Assembly: GCA_001873215.1 (NCBI GenBank)
Contig: MNYS01000006.1
Coordinates: 1,767 to 54,838 of the forward strand
Length of the DNA stretch: 53,072 nucleotides
Direction: 5' to 3'
DNA from: Candidatus Levybacteria bacterium CG2_30_37_29
Lineage (GTDB): Bacteria; Patescibacteriota; Microgenomatia; Levybacterales; GWA1-39-11
Position 1 is the stretch's first letter; each line of letters begins with the position of its first letter. Made by a program: the position numbers and the translations under genes. Below, piece by piece: positions 33,056-42,800 of this stretch. The notes under the pieces were generated by a model. The model saw only the letters and a list, made by a program, of their open reading frames with translations, was not told the DNA's origin and ran no database searches.

Positions 33056-33085
33056 CAAAAAACGTAAACAGCCTTTCGATAAATC

Positions 33086-33234
33086 TCAGGGTAAACAAGT
33101 CTGGGGTCTCGCGAAGCGAGATTCTCTCACTGAGGAGCACATTCGATTTTCTCAGTGCGACGAATGTGTTCGTTCTTTTTGCTTTGCAAAAAGCGACGCG
33201 ATCCGCCAATTCGCGGATCGAGCGAATCCCTGAG
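33086..33234 (+). ncRNA. Densely structured GC-richer element downstream of tRNA-Thr(TGT), closed by CTCAGGG/CCCTGAG
   Basis: Hairpins are TCTCGC-GAA-GCGAGA, TTTTTGC-TTT-GCAAAAA and CGATCCGC-CAATTC-GCGGATCG. Stems CACTGAG/CTCAGTG (33128-34 with 33151-57) and CACATTCG/CGAATGTG (33138-45 with 33161-68) interleave. Confidence 0.35.
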
Positions 33235-33292
33235 GCGGCTCAAATCCTTTATGTCATTGATAACTAAGTGAAAAATATAGTACTATAATTGT

Positions 33293-33883
33293 GTGAAAAG
33301 ACGTCTTGTTGTTCTCGGAGTTTTTATTAGTGTTATTGCTCTGGTTGCTTATATTTTAGAAAAGCCTTCGGTCGCGCGCCTCAGCCAAAAAGAAAAGGAA
33401 GCGGCACTTACCAAACTTCTTGGAAGAAAAGTTAATTTAAACGAAAAAAATGTTCCCAAAGGAAATGTTGAATTCAGGGGTAAATATATATCTTTTTGGT
33501 ACCCAAAAAAAGCAATAAAATATGAGAAGACTGATCCTAGTTTTGCCTCCTCAAGCGCTCTTCTGGACTTTTTAAGTTTTGACATTAAAGAACCAAGGAC
33601 AATTTTTAATATGGTTGTCGTAAAAAACGATGCAAACATTCAAACAATAGATGATGATCCCGGTGTCATGCTTCGGCGCAACTCGACAAGTTATAAAGAA
33701 AGTAAAATTATTGCAGGCGGTTTGGAATGGAAAGTTTATGAGAAAAAAGAATCACAGCAGTCTGAAAAAACAGCGTTTCTTTTGCACAAAAATAGGCTTT
33801 ATTCGATTGCAATTCTATGCAACGACATAGAGGAGCTTCAAGTGCTTTTCGGCGATATTTTGCGCTCCGTGAAGATTTTTTAG
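33293..33883 (+). CDS. Membrane-anchored hypothetical protein
   Basis: GTG start, N-terminal TM LVVLGVFISVIALVAYIL. No family recognised. Confidence 0.5.
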   Translation: MKRRLVVLGVFISVIALVAYILEKPSVARLSQKEKEAALTKLLGRKVNLNEKNVPKGNVEFRGKYISFWYPKKAIKYEKTDPSFASSSALLDFLSFDIKEPRTIFNMVVVKNDANIQTIDDDPGVMLRRNSTSYKESKIIAGGLEWKVYEKKESQQSEKTAFLLHKNRLYSIAILCNDIEELQVLFGDILRSVKIF

Positions 33884-34791
33884 TTCTTCTTCTTTTTCCT
33901 TACCCTTCTTGCGATAATACTTCCCGCAACCAGTAGCGCAATAAGGCCTGCAATTGTTATCTTTATATCAATAGACCCTTCGGTAAAGATTTGTGTTTTT
34001 GTCTCAATGGTTTTATTTGCTTTTCCATAACGAAGTTTTATTACTGCAGTGTAAGTTCCTGGGGAAATAAAGCTTTGCAACGGTTTTATCGCAAGCGTGT
34101 ACTTTCTGATTGATTCGGGAAGTGTGATAAGAGAGTCTTCATTGACAATGCCTTTTCCGACAACCTTATTATTTGAATCGGTTATTTCGACTGTACCGTA
34201 AGGAGCAAGATCAACATTGCCGGTATTTTGAAACCTGAAAATTGCTTTTTTTGGAAATTGGAAAAAGTTTTGCTCAAGACCAAAAAAAGCAATTTTTGCT
34301 TCTTCGATTTCAAATCCGGTGTGTGCCCGGACAAAGAGTAGACTTGCCAATATGGCTTTTACCTGAACTTTTTTCTTTTCCGTTGTTTGTACGATTTCAG
34401 CAAGAATGCTTCCATAATGGCCACCGGGACTTAATTTTTCTTTGGTAATTGACGCTTTTACTTGGCGTTTTTCACCGGGAGCCAAAAGTAAAGTTTGTTT
34501 GTCCAAATAGACCCACGAAGAAAGTGAATATTTATAATTTTGCGCATTTTTTGGGTCAAGAAATCCTACCGGATTTCTTTCTTCAAGCTCTGCGACATCG
34601 TGAACAGATAGTTTTAGCTCAAGGGCTGAAGAAGTGTTATTTGTGTAATAAATTATTGCTTCTGGCGCGTCATTTGCCAAGTCAATTTGCGTAAGTTGGG
34701 GAGTAACTTGTATGTTTTGTTCTGCAAAAGACACGGAGGCAAAAGCCATAAATCCAATAAAAAGTAAAAGCCCAAGGAATAACTTTTTCAT
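33880..34791 (-). CDS. Secreted two-beta-sandwich protein with C-terminal TM anchor (paralogue family)
   Basis: ORF track 33880..34833. The internal ATG gives the signal peptide MKKLFLGLLLFIGFMAFASVSFA and removes the overlap with 34802. The TM is ITIAGLIALLVAGSII followed by ARRVRKKKKN. Confidence 0.6.
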   Translation of the reverse strand: MKKLFLGLLLFIGFMAFASVSFAEQNIQVTPQLTQIDLANDAPEAIIYYTNNTSSALELKLSVHDVAELEERNPVGFLDPKNAQNYKYSLSSWVYLDKQTLLLAPGEKRQVKASITKEKLSPGGHYGSILAEIVQTTEKKKVQVKAILASLLFVRAHTGFEIEEAKIAFFGLEQNFFQFPKKAIFRFQNTGNVDLAPYGTVEITDSNNKVVGKGIVNEDSLITLPESIRKYTLAIKPLQSFISPGTYTAVIKLRYGKANKTIETKTQIFTEGSIDIKITIAGLIALLVAGSIIARRVRKKKKN

Positions 34792-34801
34792 AAAAAAGAA
34801 A

Positions 34802-35854
34802 TTAGCGAAGATTTTTTTGACGCTTAAGTTCACGACGTATGTAACCCTTCAGAACAAATTTGACTATAATAAAGAGCGCGATAAGAGAAATACCGATGAG
34901 AATAAGAGGACCATATGGAATAATCCAGAATTTAGTACTTCCTTCAAGCGTAACATCCCGTTTTCCGTCATCAAAAACCATTAAAAGAGAAGCAGTATAT
35001 GGCCCAAACCGAAAACTCGTGAACTTATTCCAGTTGACGACAATATGAGTTATGGGATTTCCTTTTGCGTCAACCTTTACTTTATTGTCTTCCATAACAG
35101 GCTCTTTTACCAAAAATCCATCATTCCAGCTTGCGCTAAAAGAACGCGTTCCATCAGGTAAAACACTAATTTGAGTTGGGTTGATTTCAAGAATTCCTAT
35201 CTCTTTTTGATTTGTGCCGCGTATAAATATATTACCTCTCGGTCTTATGTGAACATTCCCCTTGTTGGCTATTCTAGCTGTGAATTCAACCGGAAGATAT
35301 TCGCTTATGAAAGAATTTGTCTTAAATTCAAGAACTTGTGCTTCAGTCTTGACCCCCTCCTTTTTCACATTAAGAAGTGTCGGGATAAGAATTTCACCTT
35401 TAACCTCCGCGCCGACACCCTTAAATTGCTGGTCTGATTTTTCTGCAATCCGGAATACATAATAATAACCGAATGCCGCACTTTGAGGAATTTCAATTGT
35501 GAATGAAACATCTATCCATTCTTTTGGCAGAGCGTTAAAATTGGGTGAATCAAAAGTAACCCAGGAGATAAATTCGTCATCCGGACCCGGATTAGCAGGT
35601 ACCGGTTCACCATTTGTTGAATTGGCAACCAGCTTCAAAGTAGAAACAGAAAGATTTACTGACTGGGAAAGGTTATTTCTGATTCTGAATTTCTCCTTTA
35701 TTTTATCTCCCGGCTTTACATTAAGCTCAATAACAGGAGGACTAACGGTAATATCAAGACCTCCTGCGCTTTGAGCATTTGTTTTGATGGAAAAGATTAC
35801 AATGGCTGCTAGAAGAGTAAGAAGAGTTATGCTTGCGATAAATATTTTTTTCAT
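34802..35854 (-). CDS. Secreted two-beta-sandwich protein with C-terminal TM anchor (paralogue family)
   Basis: Signal peptide MKKIFIASITLLTLLAAIVIFSIKTNAQ. Motifs ITVSPPVIELNVKPGDKIKEKFRIRNN and GNVHIRPRGNIFIRG. The TM is followed by RRELKRQKNLR. Confidence 0.6.
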   Translation of the reverse strand: MKKIFIASITLLTLLAAIVIFSIKTNAQSAGGLDITVSPPVIELNVKPGDKIKEKFRIRNNLSQSVNLSVSTLKLVANSTNGEPVPANPGPDDEFISWVTFDSPNFNALPKEWIDVSFTIEIPQSAAFGYYYVFRIAEKSDQQFKGVGAEVKGEILIPTLLNVKKEGVKTEAQVLEFKTNSFISEYLPVEFTARIANKGNVHIRPRGNIFIRGTNQKEIGILEINPTQISVLPDGTRSFSASWNDGFLVKEPVMEDNKVKVDAKGNPITHIVVNWNKFTSFRFGPYTASLLMVFDDGKRDVTLEGSTKFWIIPYGPLILIGISLIALFIIVKFVLKGYIRRELKRQKNLR

Positions 35855-35972
35855 TTTTTGTATTTAGAGGGCAGAAAAGAGCAGGGCAAAAATAAAAGAA
35901 AGCTGTAAATACTAGCTAAAATTAAAACATTCCATGATAAATTCATATTTCCATTATACCATTTTATGGATT

Positions 35973-37073
35973 TTAGAAATTCCCTGCTGCCGAAACAACA
36001 AGTGTGTCTGCATAATCTGTTGCCGCAGCTTGCGTAGAAGAAATTTTTGCGCGGACATTAAGAACGACAGTTGTTGCTGCTTGTCCGCCTGTTAAAGATG
36101 AAACCTCATGGAAAACTCCTCCTTCAAAATTTCCTCCCGAACTTGTTCCGTTTCCGTCAAACCCTGCGTTAATAGTTGGTGAATTTGTTCCGGGTACAGC
36201 GTCTAAGACTACGCCTGTTGTGCCTGATAAGTCAGAAACAGTAGGAAAAGAGCCCGGAGTTGCAATTGTTGCGCCGGCGACTGTTGAACGAAGTCCTGAC
36301 CCCCCTGTTGTATTTGTTCCTTTAATCCACGATACATATCCGTTACGGGCGTTTGTTGAAACCTCTTGTGTAACACTTCCGGAGGTAACAGCGCTTGTTG
36401 ATAAGGTACCAAGCGCAATGGAATTTGCGGTAAGTGAAAACGACATGGTTGCCGAAACAGATGCTGTTACAGAAATTTGATCTGCTCCCGATGAAACAAC
36501 GGAAGTTGCGTAAAAAATCGTATCAAGGAGAACAGCGTCTGCCGCCCTTGTTTTTAAAGATCCTGTTTGGTTATTTGCCGCGCTTCCTACTGTTGAACTT
36601 GCTCCTGTGAAATTAAAACAATAAAAAGTACCGGTTGAAAGGTTTGACGTAGGGAAAACAACAGATAATCCTGTTACGTCTGTTGCTGTTCCGATACCAG
36701 CCCATGCGCTTGCCGCTCCGCCACCGGAAGGATCTGTTGGCAAATTTGTTGTAGTAACAGTCCAGTCACCTGGAGTCTGGGAAATTGTCCACCCTGTAGG
36801 AAAGACAATAACAGTACTGGTTTCTGTTCCTATATCATCTGATCCTGTTTTCTGACATGCCGTTCCGGAAATTGCAGCGCCGGTTGCAAGTCTGTCAAAA
36901 CGTACAAAACCTTCTTGCGCATAAGTCGCGGCCTGCGCATTTTTTGGAACAAGAAGAGGGTAGAAAATGCTGACAAGAAGAATTATATGAAGAAAAATAC
37001 TTATTTTTGCCTTGCGATTATGAATATTAATTCCCAAAACAATCTTTTTGGCTTTTTTTACACGTAAATTCAT
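35973..37073 (-). CDS. Secreted T/A/G-rich pilin-like surface protein ending ...YADTLVVSAAGNF
   Basis: The ATG at 37073 lies within ORF 35973..37091. The N-terminal domain (GFVRFDRLATGAAISGTAC...FYCFNFTGASSTVGSAANNQTG...DQISVTASV) is homologous to the N-terminus of 49452..52349. Confidence 0.55.
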   Translation of the reverse strand: MNLRVKKAKKIVLGINIHNRKAKISIFLHIILLVSIFYPLLVPKNAQAATYAQEGFVRFDRLATGAAISGTACQKTGSDDIGTETSTVIVFPTGWTISQTPGDWTVTTTNLPTDPSGGGAASAWAGIGTATDVTGLSVVFPTSNLSTGTFYCFNFTGASSTVGSAANNQTGSLKTRAADAVLLDTIFYATSVVSSGADQISVTASVSATMSFSLTANSIALGTLSTSAVTSGSVTQEVSTNARNGYVSWIKGTNTTGGSGLRSTVAGATIATPGSFPTVSDLSGTTGVVLDAVPGTNSPTINAGFDGNGTSSGGNFEGGVFHEVSSLTGGQAATTVVLNVRAKISSTQAAATDYADTLVVSAAGNF

Positions 37074-37126
37074 ATTTATAATATATAGCAAATCATTTTT
37101 TTAATACCTTGTCAATACCCTAATTT

Positions 37127-38224
37127 TTAGAAATTTCCTGTCGCAATAACTGTAAGTGTGTCTGCGTAATCTGTTGCGCTCGGAGTGGTATTTGAAGCTT
37201 TTGCTTTAAGAGTGAATGAAACCCGCCCGCCTGTAACCGGCGCTAGGGTCGAGTCAAACATCGTCCTTTTTGCAGTATCAAGCACTCCTACGGTTGTTCC
37301 CGTTCCGTCATAAGGATTTACGACTTCCATATTTCCGCTTGTGGCAAAAAGAGTATTATACTGTGCGCCATATCCCTCCAAAGCATCACCCAGATCATTT
37401 TTTGCGGGGACGGTGTTAATAGTATGTAGGGCGGTCTGACTCTCAAGTCCTGTATTTGTTCCCTGAACATAAATAACTCCTCCGCTATTGGCATTAGTTG
37501 TAAGGTCAACCCAGACTTTATCGTTTGCTGCAGTTACCGTCGCAGGAGATAGGTTTCCTATATTAACAGTATAGGGGCCGGCTGTTTCACTATCCGTTGG
37601 TGAAACATCTATGTCAAAGATTAATGTCGGATTTTCCGTTGTTGCTTGAGCTGTTGGGCCCCACATAAGATTCGTATAAAAATCTCCTTGTTTTGCGGCA
37701 ACTTTTGCAGTGTAGATTGTGCCGGGATAAAGCCCGATAATTGTTGTTCCAGACGCACCACCCCAAGAGGAATATGTCTGCCAATCCTCAAGTCCAAGCG
37801 CGTCACCAACCGTATTGTCATTTTGTACATACTGAAATTGTCCCGAACCGCTTGCTATTGCAATTGCGTATTTGTAATCTGCTGGGTCATTTCCCCCACG
37901 GTTTATGGTAAGTTTTAGCTTGTTGTACCAGTTTGAGGAATTTACGAATGTCGGTGTAGCAGGAACGCTTGCTTGCAAAGTAAATTCAAGGCCTGCGCCA
38001 ATAAAATAATTTGCCGAAGACGGACTTCCCTGATCTACTTGTCCAAGTGTTCCAAAAAGGGAATAATTGGTGGATGAAGAAGACGCAATACCGCCACCGC
38101 CAAAACCATAATTGACAATCTTATAGTTAGTACTTGACGGAGGGTTTTGCGCGAAAGCAACACTGGTAAAATGTATTAATAAAGACAGTATCAGACTATT
38201 AATTAGTATGTATTTATGTTTCAT
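37127..38224 (-). CDS. Secreted pilin-like surface protein ending ...YADTLTVIATGNF
   Basis: It has a signal peptide and STNY/SANY repeats (SSTNYKIVNYGFGGGG..SSTNYSLFGTLGQ..SSANYFIGAGLEF) as in 3915..4643. Confidence 0.55.
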   Translation of the reverse strand: MKHKYILINSLILSLLIHFTSVAFAQNPPSSTNYKIVNYGFGGGGIASSSSTNYSLFGTLGQVDQGSPSSANYFIGAGLEFTLQASVPATPTFVNSSNWYNKLKLTINRGGNDPADYKYAIAIASGSGQFQYVQNDNTVGDALGLEDWQTYSSWGGASGTTIIGLYPGTIYTAKVAAKQGDFYTNLMWGPTAQATTENPTLIFDIDVSPTDSETAGPYTVNIGNLSPATVTAANDKVWVDLTTNANSGGVIYVQGTNTGLESQTALHTINTVPAKNDLGDALEGYGAQYNTLFATSGNMEVVNPYDGTGTTVGVLDTAKRTMFDSTLAPVTGGRVSFTLKAKASNTTPSATDYADTLTVIATGNF

Positions 38225-38244
38225 AACGTATCAAGATTTATGAT

Positions 38245-38631
38245 TTATGATTTCTGATTAATGAATGTCTTACTTTTTCTTATAAAGCCCTGTAATAGTC
38301 GATCAACAATGTCTGTTTGTTCCGTTAAAATTTTAAGATCCATTTCTGATAGACAATCAACATCTTTTGCGATTAATATAAAATTTTTAAGCTCTGAAAG
38401 CGACCCTTTTGACATATAGTAGAATTGAACTTTTTCTCTGTAGCCTTGTCTTCCAAAGCCTTCCGTAATGTTCCCTGTTATCGAAGCTGCAGCTCGTCTC
38501 ATTTGGTCTATTAGAGAGTATGTTTCTTCTCGAGGGAAACTCTTGGTGATTTTATAAGTCATAATTACAAGCTTATGTCCTTCCCTCCATACACTCAAAT
38601 CCGTAAATGATTCTATTTTCCCGTTTTTCAT
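38245..38631 (-). CDS. Four-helix-bundle protein (23S rRNA IVS protein / Avd-like family)
   Basis: Motifs FTDLSVWREGHKLVIMTYKITKSFPREETYSLIDQMRRAAASITGNITEGFGR and GSLSELKNF. Confidence 0.85.
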   Translation of the reverse strand: MKNGKIESFTDLSVWREGHKLVIMTYKITKSFPREETYSLIDQMRRAAASITGNITEGFGRQGYREKVQFYYMSKGSLSELKNFILIAKDVDCLSEMDLKILTEQTDIVDRLLQGFIRKSKTFINQKS

Positions 38632-38669
38632 ATTCTTTAATCATTAATCATTAATCTTTAATCAAGTAT

Positions 38670-39635
38670 CTAAATTTTCGTATAATACACCGAGCGACCT
38701 TTTCCTGCCGAAAAAATTAGACCTAGAGTAGCAAGTTTTACAAGGTCGCGACTTGCTGTAATTTGAGAAACTTTAAAATATTGCTGTACTGTTTTATTGG
38801 TTATTTTTAGACCCGGCCGATTAAGGAGTGAAAGTATAGATTTCTGTCTTTCAGAAATCTGATAAAAATGATTCGGCATGCTTGATTGGATGGGCCCTTT
38901 TTCTATCTTTTTCAGTATTCTTTCTGCTTGAAGCGCAATGTTTTGGGAAAAATATTCAAGGTAAGATGATAGATTTTTGTCACGGAGCGCTCCTGATAAA
39001 AGTTCTTGAAAACGGCTCAAATCTTCTATTATGAATTCTGCGATATTTACATTATCCCTAAAATCAAAACCGCTTTTGTATAAAAAAACGGTCGAAAAAA
39101 GTATTGAAATAGGCAGATTTTCTTGGTTTTGAGGCGTGATGCTTGAAAAAAGAATAAGAGCAAGAGCAGCCTGGACCACGGGGTGTTCAGGATTAACTTG
39201 GATAAATTCAACAACATGGGCAACACCTTTTGTGTCTGCTTTAAAAGCAGGAACGGTTTTGAAAAGCGCTTCTATGTCTTTTGCCTGAAGTTTCTGCGGG
39301 TTAAGTTTCCAATTTTGACGGATTAAATCATATACATTTTTGTAAGAAAGGACTGTTTGGAATTGTCTGGGATCTTTTTTCTTTTGTGAAAAGGTGAGCG
39401 AGTCTACGATTTGACTCTTTTTTAAATTCTCACCGCTTAATTTAAGAAGATCATGTATTCGTAAAAGGGTTTCTTCCCATTGAATTTCTAATTCCGCTTT
39501 GGGAGGAATAAGTTCTACCAGAATTTTATTTCTTGTTCTCTGAATATTTTCTAGTTCCTGTTTGAGAGAGGGGGTTAGCGTGTAAGAAAAATTCATCATA
39601 TGATTTAAAATAGTTTTAAGCAATTTAACATCCAA
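38670..39635 (-). CDS. Fic-like fold protein with a degenerate active-site motif and a C-terminal winged-HTH
   Basis: HPVVQAALALILFSSITPQNQENLPISILFSTVFLYKSGF aligns by eye to HP..AA..H..IHPFxDGNGRxxR, with the catalytic H, F, D, G and R residues replaced. The C-terminus LSERQKSILSLL...VSQITASRDLVKLATLGLI is HTH-like. Confidence 0.4.
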   Translation of the reverse strand: MDVKLLKTILNHMMNFSYTLTPSLKQELENIQRTRNKILVELIPPKAELEIQWEETLLRIHDLLKLSGENLKKSQIVDSLTFSQKKKDPRQFQTVLSYKNVYDLIRQNWKLNPQKLQAKDIEALFKTVPAFKADTKGVAHVVEFIQVNPEHPVVQAALALILFSSITPQNQENLPISILFSTVFLYKSGFDFRDNVNIAEFIIEDLSRFQELLSGALRDKNLSSYLEYFSQNIALQAERILKKIEKGPIQSSMPNHFYQISERQKSILSLLNRPGLKITNKTVQQYFKVSQITASRDLVKLATLGLIFSAGKGRSVYYTKI

Positions 39636-39779
39636 CTATCTAACTATTTGGCATAAACGTATCATAATCTTATCACGATGTCAACAGACCTTTTAAACGA
39701 GGCTAAATAAGCAATTAATTGACAAAAACGATAAGATTATGATTAGATTAAATTTCGTGAAAAATAATGTTTTCACCCC

Positions 39780-39809
39780 TTGACAAATGCTTTTAAAAAT
39801 GGATATGAT
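39780..39809 (+). promoter_or_regulatory. Sigma70-like promoter (TTGACA, 17-18 nt, TATGAT) upstream of the giant-protein operon
   Basis: Read directly from the sequence. It lies about 70 nt upstream of the 39877/39886 start. Confidence 0.45.
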
Positions 39810-39876
39810 TATGAATAGATTATTTCTCGGCCAGCGAGCCGAAAAAATAGAAATTAGTAAAAATTAGAAATAGAAT

Positions 39877-42800
39877 TTGCGCAGAATGCGTAAACTGCCC
39901 ATCAGCTTAAGATATATATATACTACTATTATAATAATAGTATTAGCGCTCGCATGGACAGCAGTTCCCCAAAAAACTTCAGCCGCGCAAGGAATTCCTG
40001 ACTTAATAAATTTCCAAGGAAAGATTGTAAATAGCGACGGTACAAACGTTGCGGATGGAAATTATAATATAACATTCAAAATATGGGATGCGGCAACAGA
40101 CGGAAGTACGATATGGACAGAAACAAGAACAGGCGGAAATCAAGTTGAGGTCTCGGGCGGAATTTTCCGCGTTCAGTTGGGTTCTGTTCAGGCACTTCCG
40201 GGTTCGGTAGATTTCAACACGGACAATCTATATCTTGGGATCGCATTTAACGGCGATTCCGAGATGACGCCGCGTGTCCAATTTACATCCGTCCCGTACG
40301 CTTTTAACGCGGAAAAAGTCAATGGTTTGACAGTTACAAATACTTCGGACTTACCGTTTTCTACAACTACCACGCTTAAAATTGCTGACGGAAAGACAGT
40401 TGCTGTAAATGCCGGACTTACTTTTTCAGGAACCGATTCGACAACCTTTACGTTTCCGGCAAGCGGCGGAAATATCGTGACCGAGGATTTCACGCAAAGT
40501 TTGACTAATAAAACGATTGGTTCAACAGGACTTACGTTTTCAGGAGCTCCAACAGATATTGCTACAGTAACAAATGAAGACTTCTCAATTGTTCCGAATG
40601 GTACCGGGAAAGTGAATATTAATACAACTAGCGGCCTTGCGTCTTTTGATGTTCGGGCAAATTCTGAAGTTGGCGGAACTCTTGCTGTTGCTTCAGTTTC
40701 CGGAGCAACATCTTTTGCAAGTTTGGTAGTTGATAATACTGGATTAGGCGACATCTTCACAGCATCAACGGGAGGTGTTCCCAAATTTACAATTAATAAC
40801 TCTGGGAGTATTAAATTTTCAAATTACACACTTAACGGTGGAGTTTTCTATGCTGATACAACCGGAAATTTGTTGCAAACCGCAGTCGGAGACGGCGGTC
40901 AATGTCTTCAGTCTGTAGGCGGCGGGGCTCCAACATGGGGTTCATGCGGCGGGGCTCCTGCAGGCGGCGGTTCCAACTGGACACTTTCAACTGTCAACGG
41001 AACACTATCTCCCAACAACAATACGCTTGACTTCCTCTGGGGCGGAATTTCCACCGATTCTGCAAAATTTGCTATTTTGGGAATTGCGGATACCGGCGCA
41101 ACAAACAATCCTTCAGCGTCAGTTTCGGCAATAACCGGGAATAATGCAGGGAACGGCGTTGCGCTTTTTGGGAACGGATCAATTCAGTCCTTGAGAAACA
41201 ACACTCTTACTCTCGGCGGAGCAACAACAGGAGACATTGCATTCAAACCGGGAAATGTTTCAGCGCCATCCCTTACCCTTGCATCAAATGGATTTGTCGG
41301 TATAGGAACGACAAGCCCCGCGCAAAAACTTAATTTATATGACACGACAGCGATTAATTCAGGAACAAAGTCAACGCAAAGAATTTTTACGACCTTTACC
41401 CCGTCATCCACTAACTATACTTCAAGTATTGAAGGGTTAAATATTTACACGGAACTTAATTCTTCAACTGCAGTAGATTCAACCGATGGGAGTGCTTATA
41501 TCCGTGGATTTTTCTCCGAGGCGCCAAATTTTTCAAGCAAGACAATTAACGCGACCTACGGTGGAACATCGGCATCAGGTATCGGTGGCGGGGCAAGCGG
41601 GGGCATAACAAACGCGTACGGTTGGCATGGGTATGTTTATCAAAATGGCACAGGAACTATTACTAATGCGTTTCCGTTCTTCTCGGAAATCCGTTCTACG
41701 GGCAACGGAACGATTGACACGGGAGTAAATTTTTACGCTGACGTTTCAAACTCGCTTGGAACAATAAATACTGTTATAGGCTTTAAGAATAATGACGCAT
41801 CAAGTCTTGTAGGTAATCAATACGGAATTCTGGCATACGGCAAATCCCGTTTCGGCGATACTAGTTATCCGACAGCAATGGTGGAAGTAGCCGGAGACCT
41901 TAATGTTGTCGGTAGAAGAACGGGAAAAGCATTGGTTGTTTTTGATGAGACGGGTGATCAGGCAATCCTTACCGCTTCCGCAGCAGGAGTTACCAAGTTT
42001 ATTCTTACAAATACCGGTAATATAGGGATTGGAACTTCAACGCCAACAACAAATCTTGATATTTCGGGTTCGGCTTCCGTTTCTGCCAATCTTGGGCTGT
42101 ACGGTGCGGGCGATGCACATACTTTCAATATTTTTGACAACGGAAGTTTGAATATCCAAAGATCTGCCGGTGGAGATGCAGGACTTGCTACCGCGTTATT
42201 TGTTCAAAACAACGGAAATGTTGGAATCGGAACGTCATTACCCGGAGCGCCTTTGGAAATTTATAAGAACGGATCAGGTTCGGACAATACAGGCGGAGGC
42301 ATAATATTAGCAAGATATGACGGAAGTGGAGTCAATTATCGAGGCGGAGCAATTTATTCCCGTTATATTAGCGCAGTGAGTGCTGACGCTATGGTTTTTG
42401 GTGTGACACTTGTTGATGGCAAAAACCCATATTCAGACTTTGATCAAGCAAGAATGGCTCTTCTATATGACGGTAGATTGGGTGTCGGAAACACTGCTCC
42501 GACAGTAAATTTGGATGTCGGTCCTATTACTCTGGGAGCATCGGAAGTCGTGCAGATTCGGGTAGGAGATTTTTTGATGCAAAGTCAGCAAGGAGCAGCA
42601 AACGGTATTACTGCATTAACTACCCGCGGTTCAAATGGCAATTTAACTCTTGACGGAGCTGCAGGATCCGGTTTTTACACAAGTCCTTTCAGCACAAATA
42701 ATAACTTTTTGGTATCAGGAGGAGGTAAGGTAATCGTAGGATCAACTGCTGATCCAACAGCAACTTTTGATATAAGAGCTACAAGCGGAACTCTCCCTGT

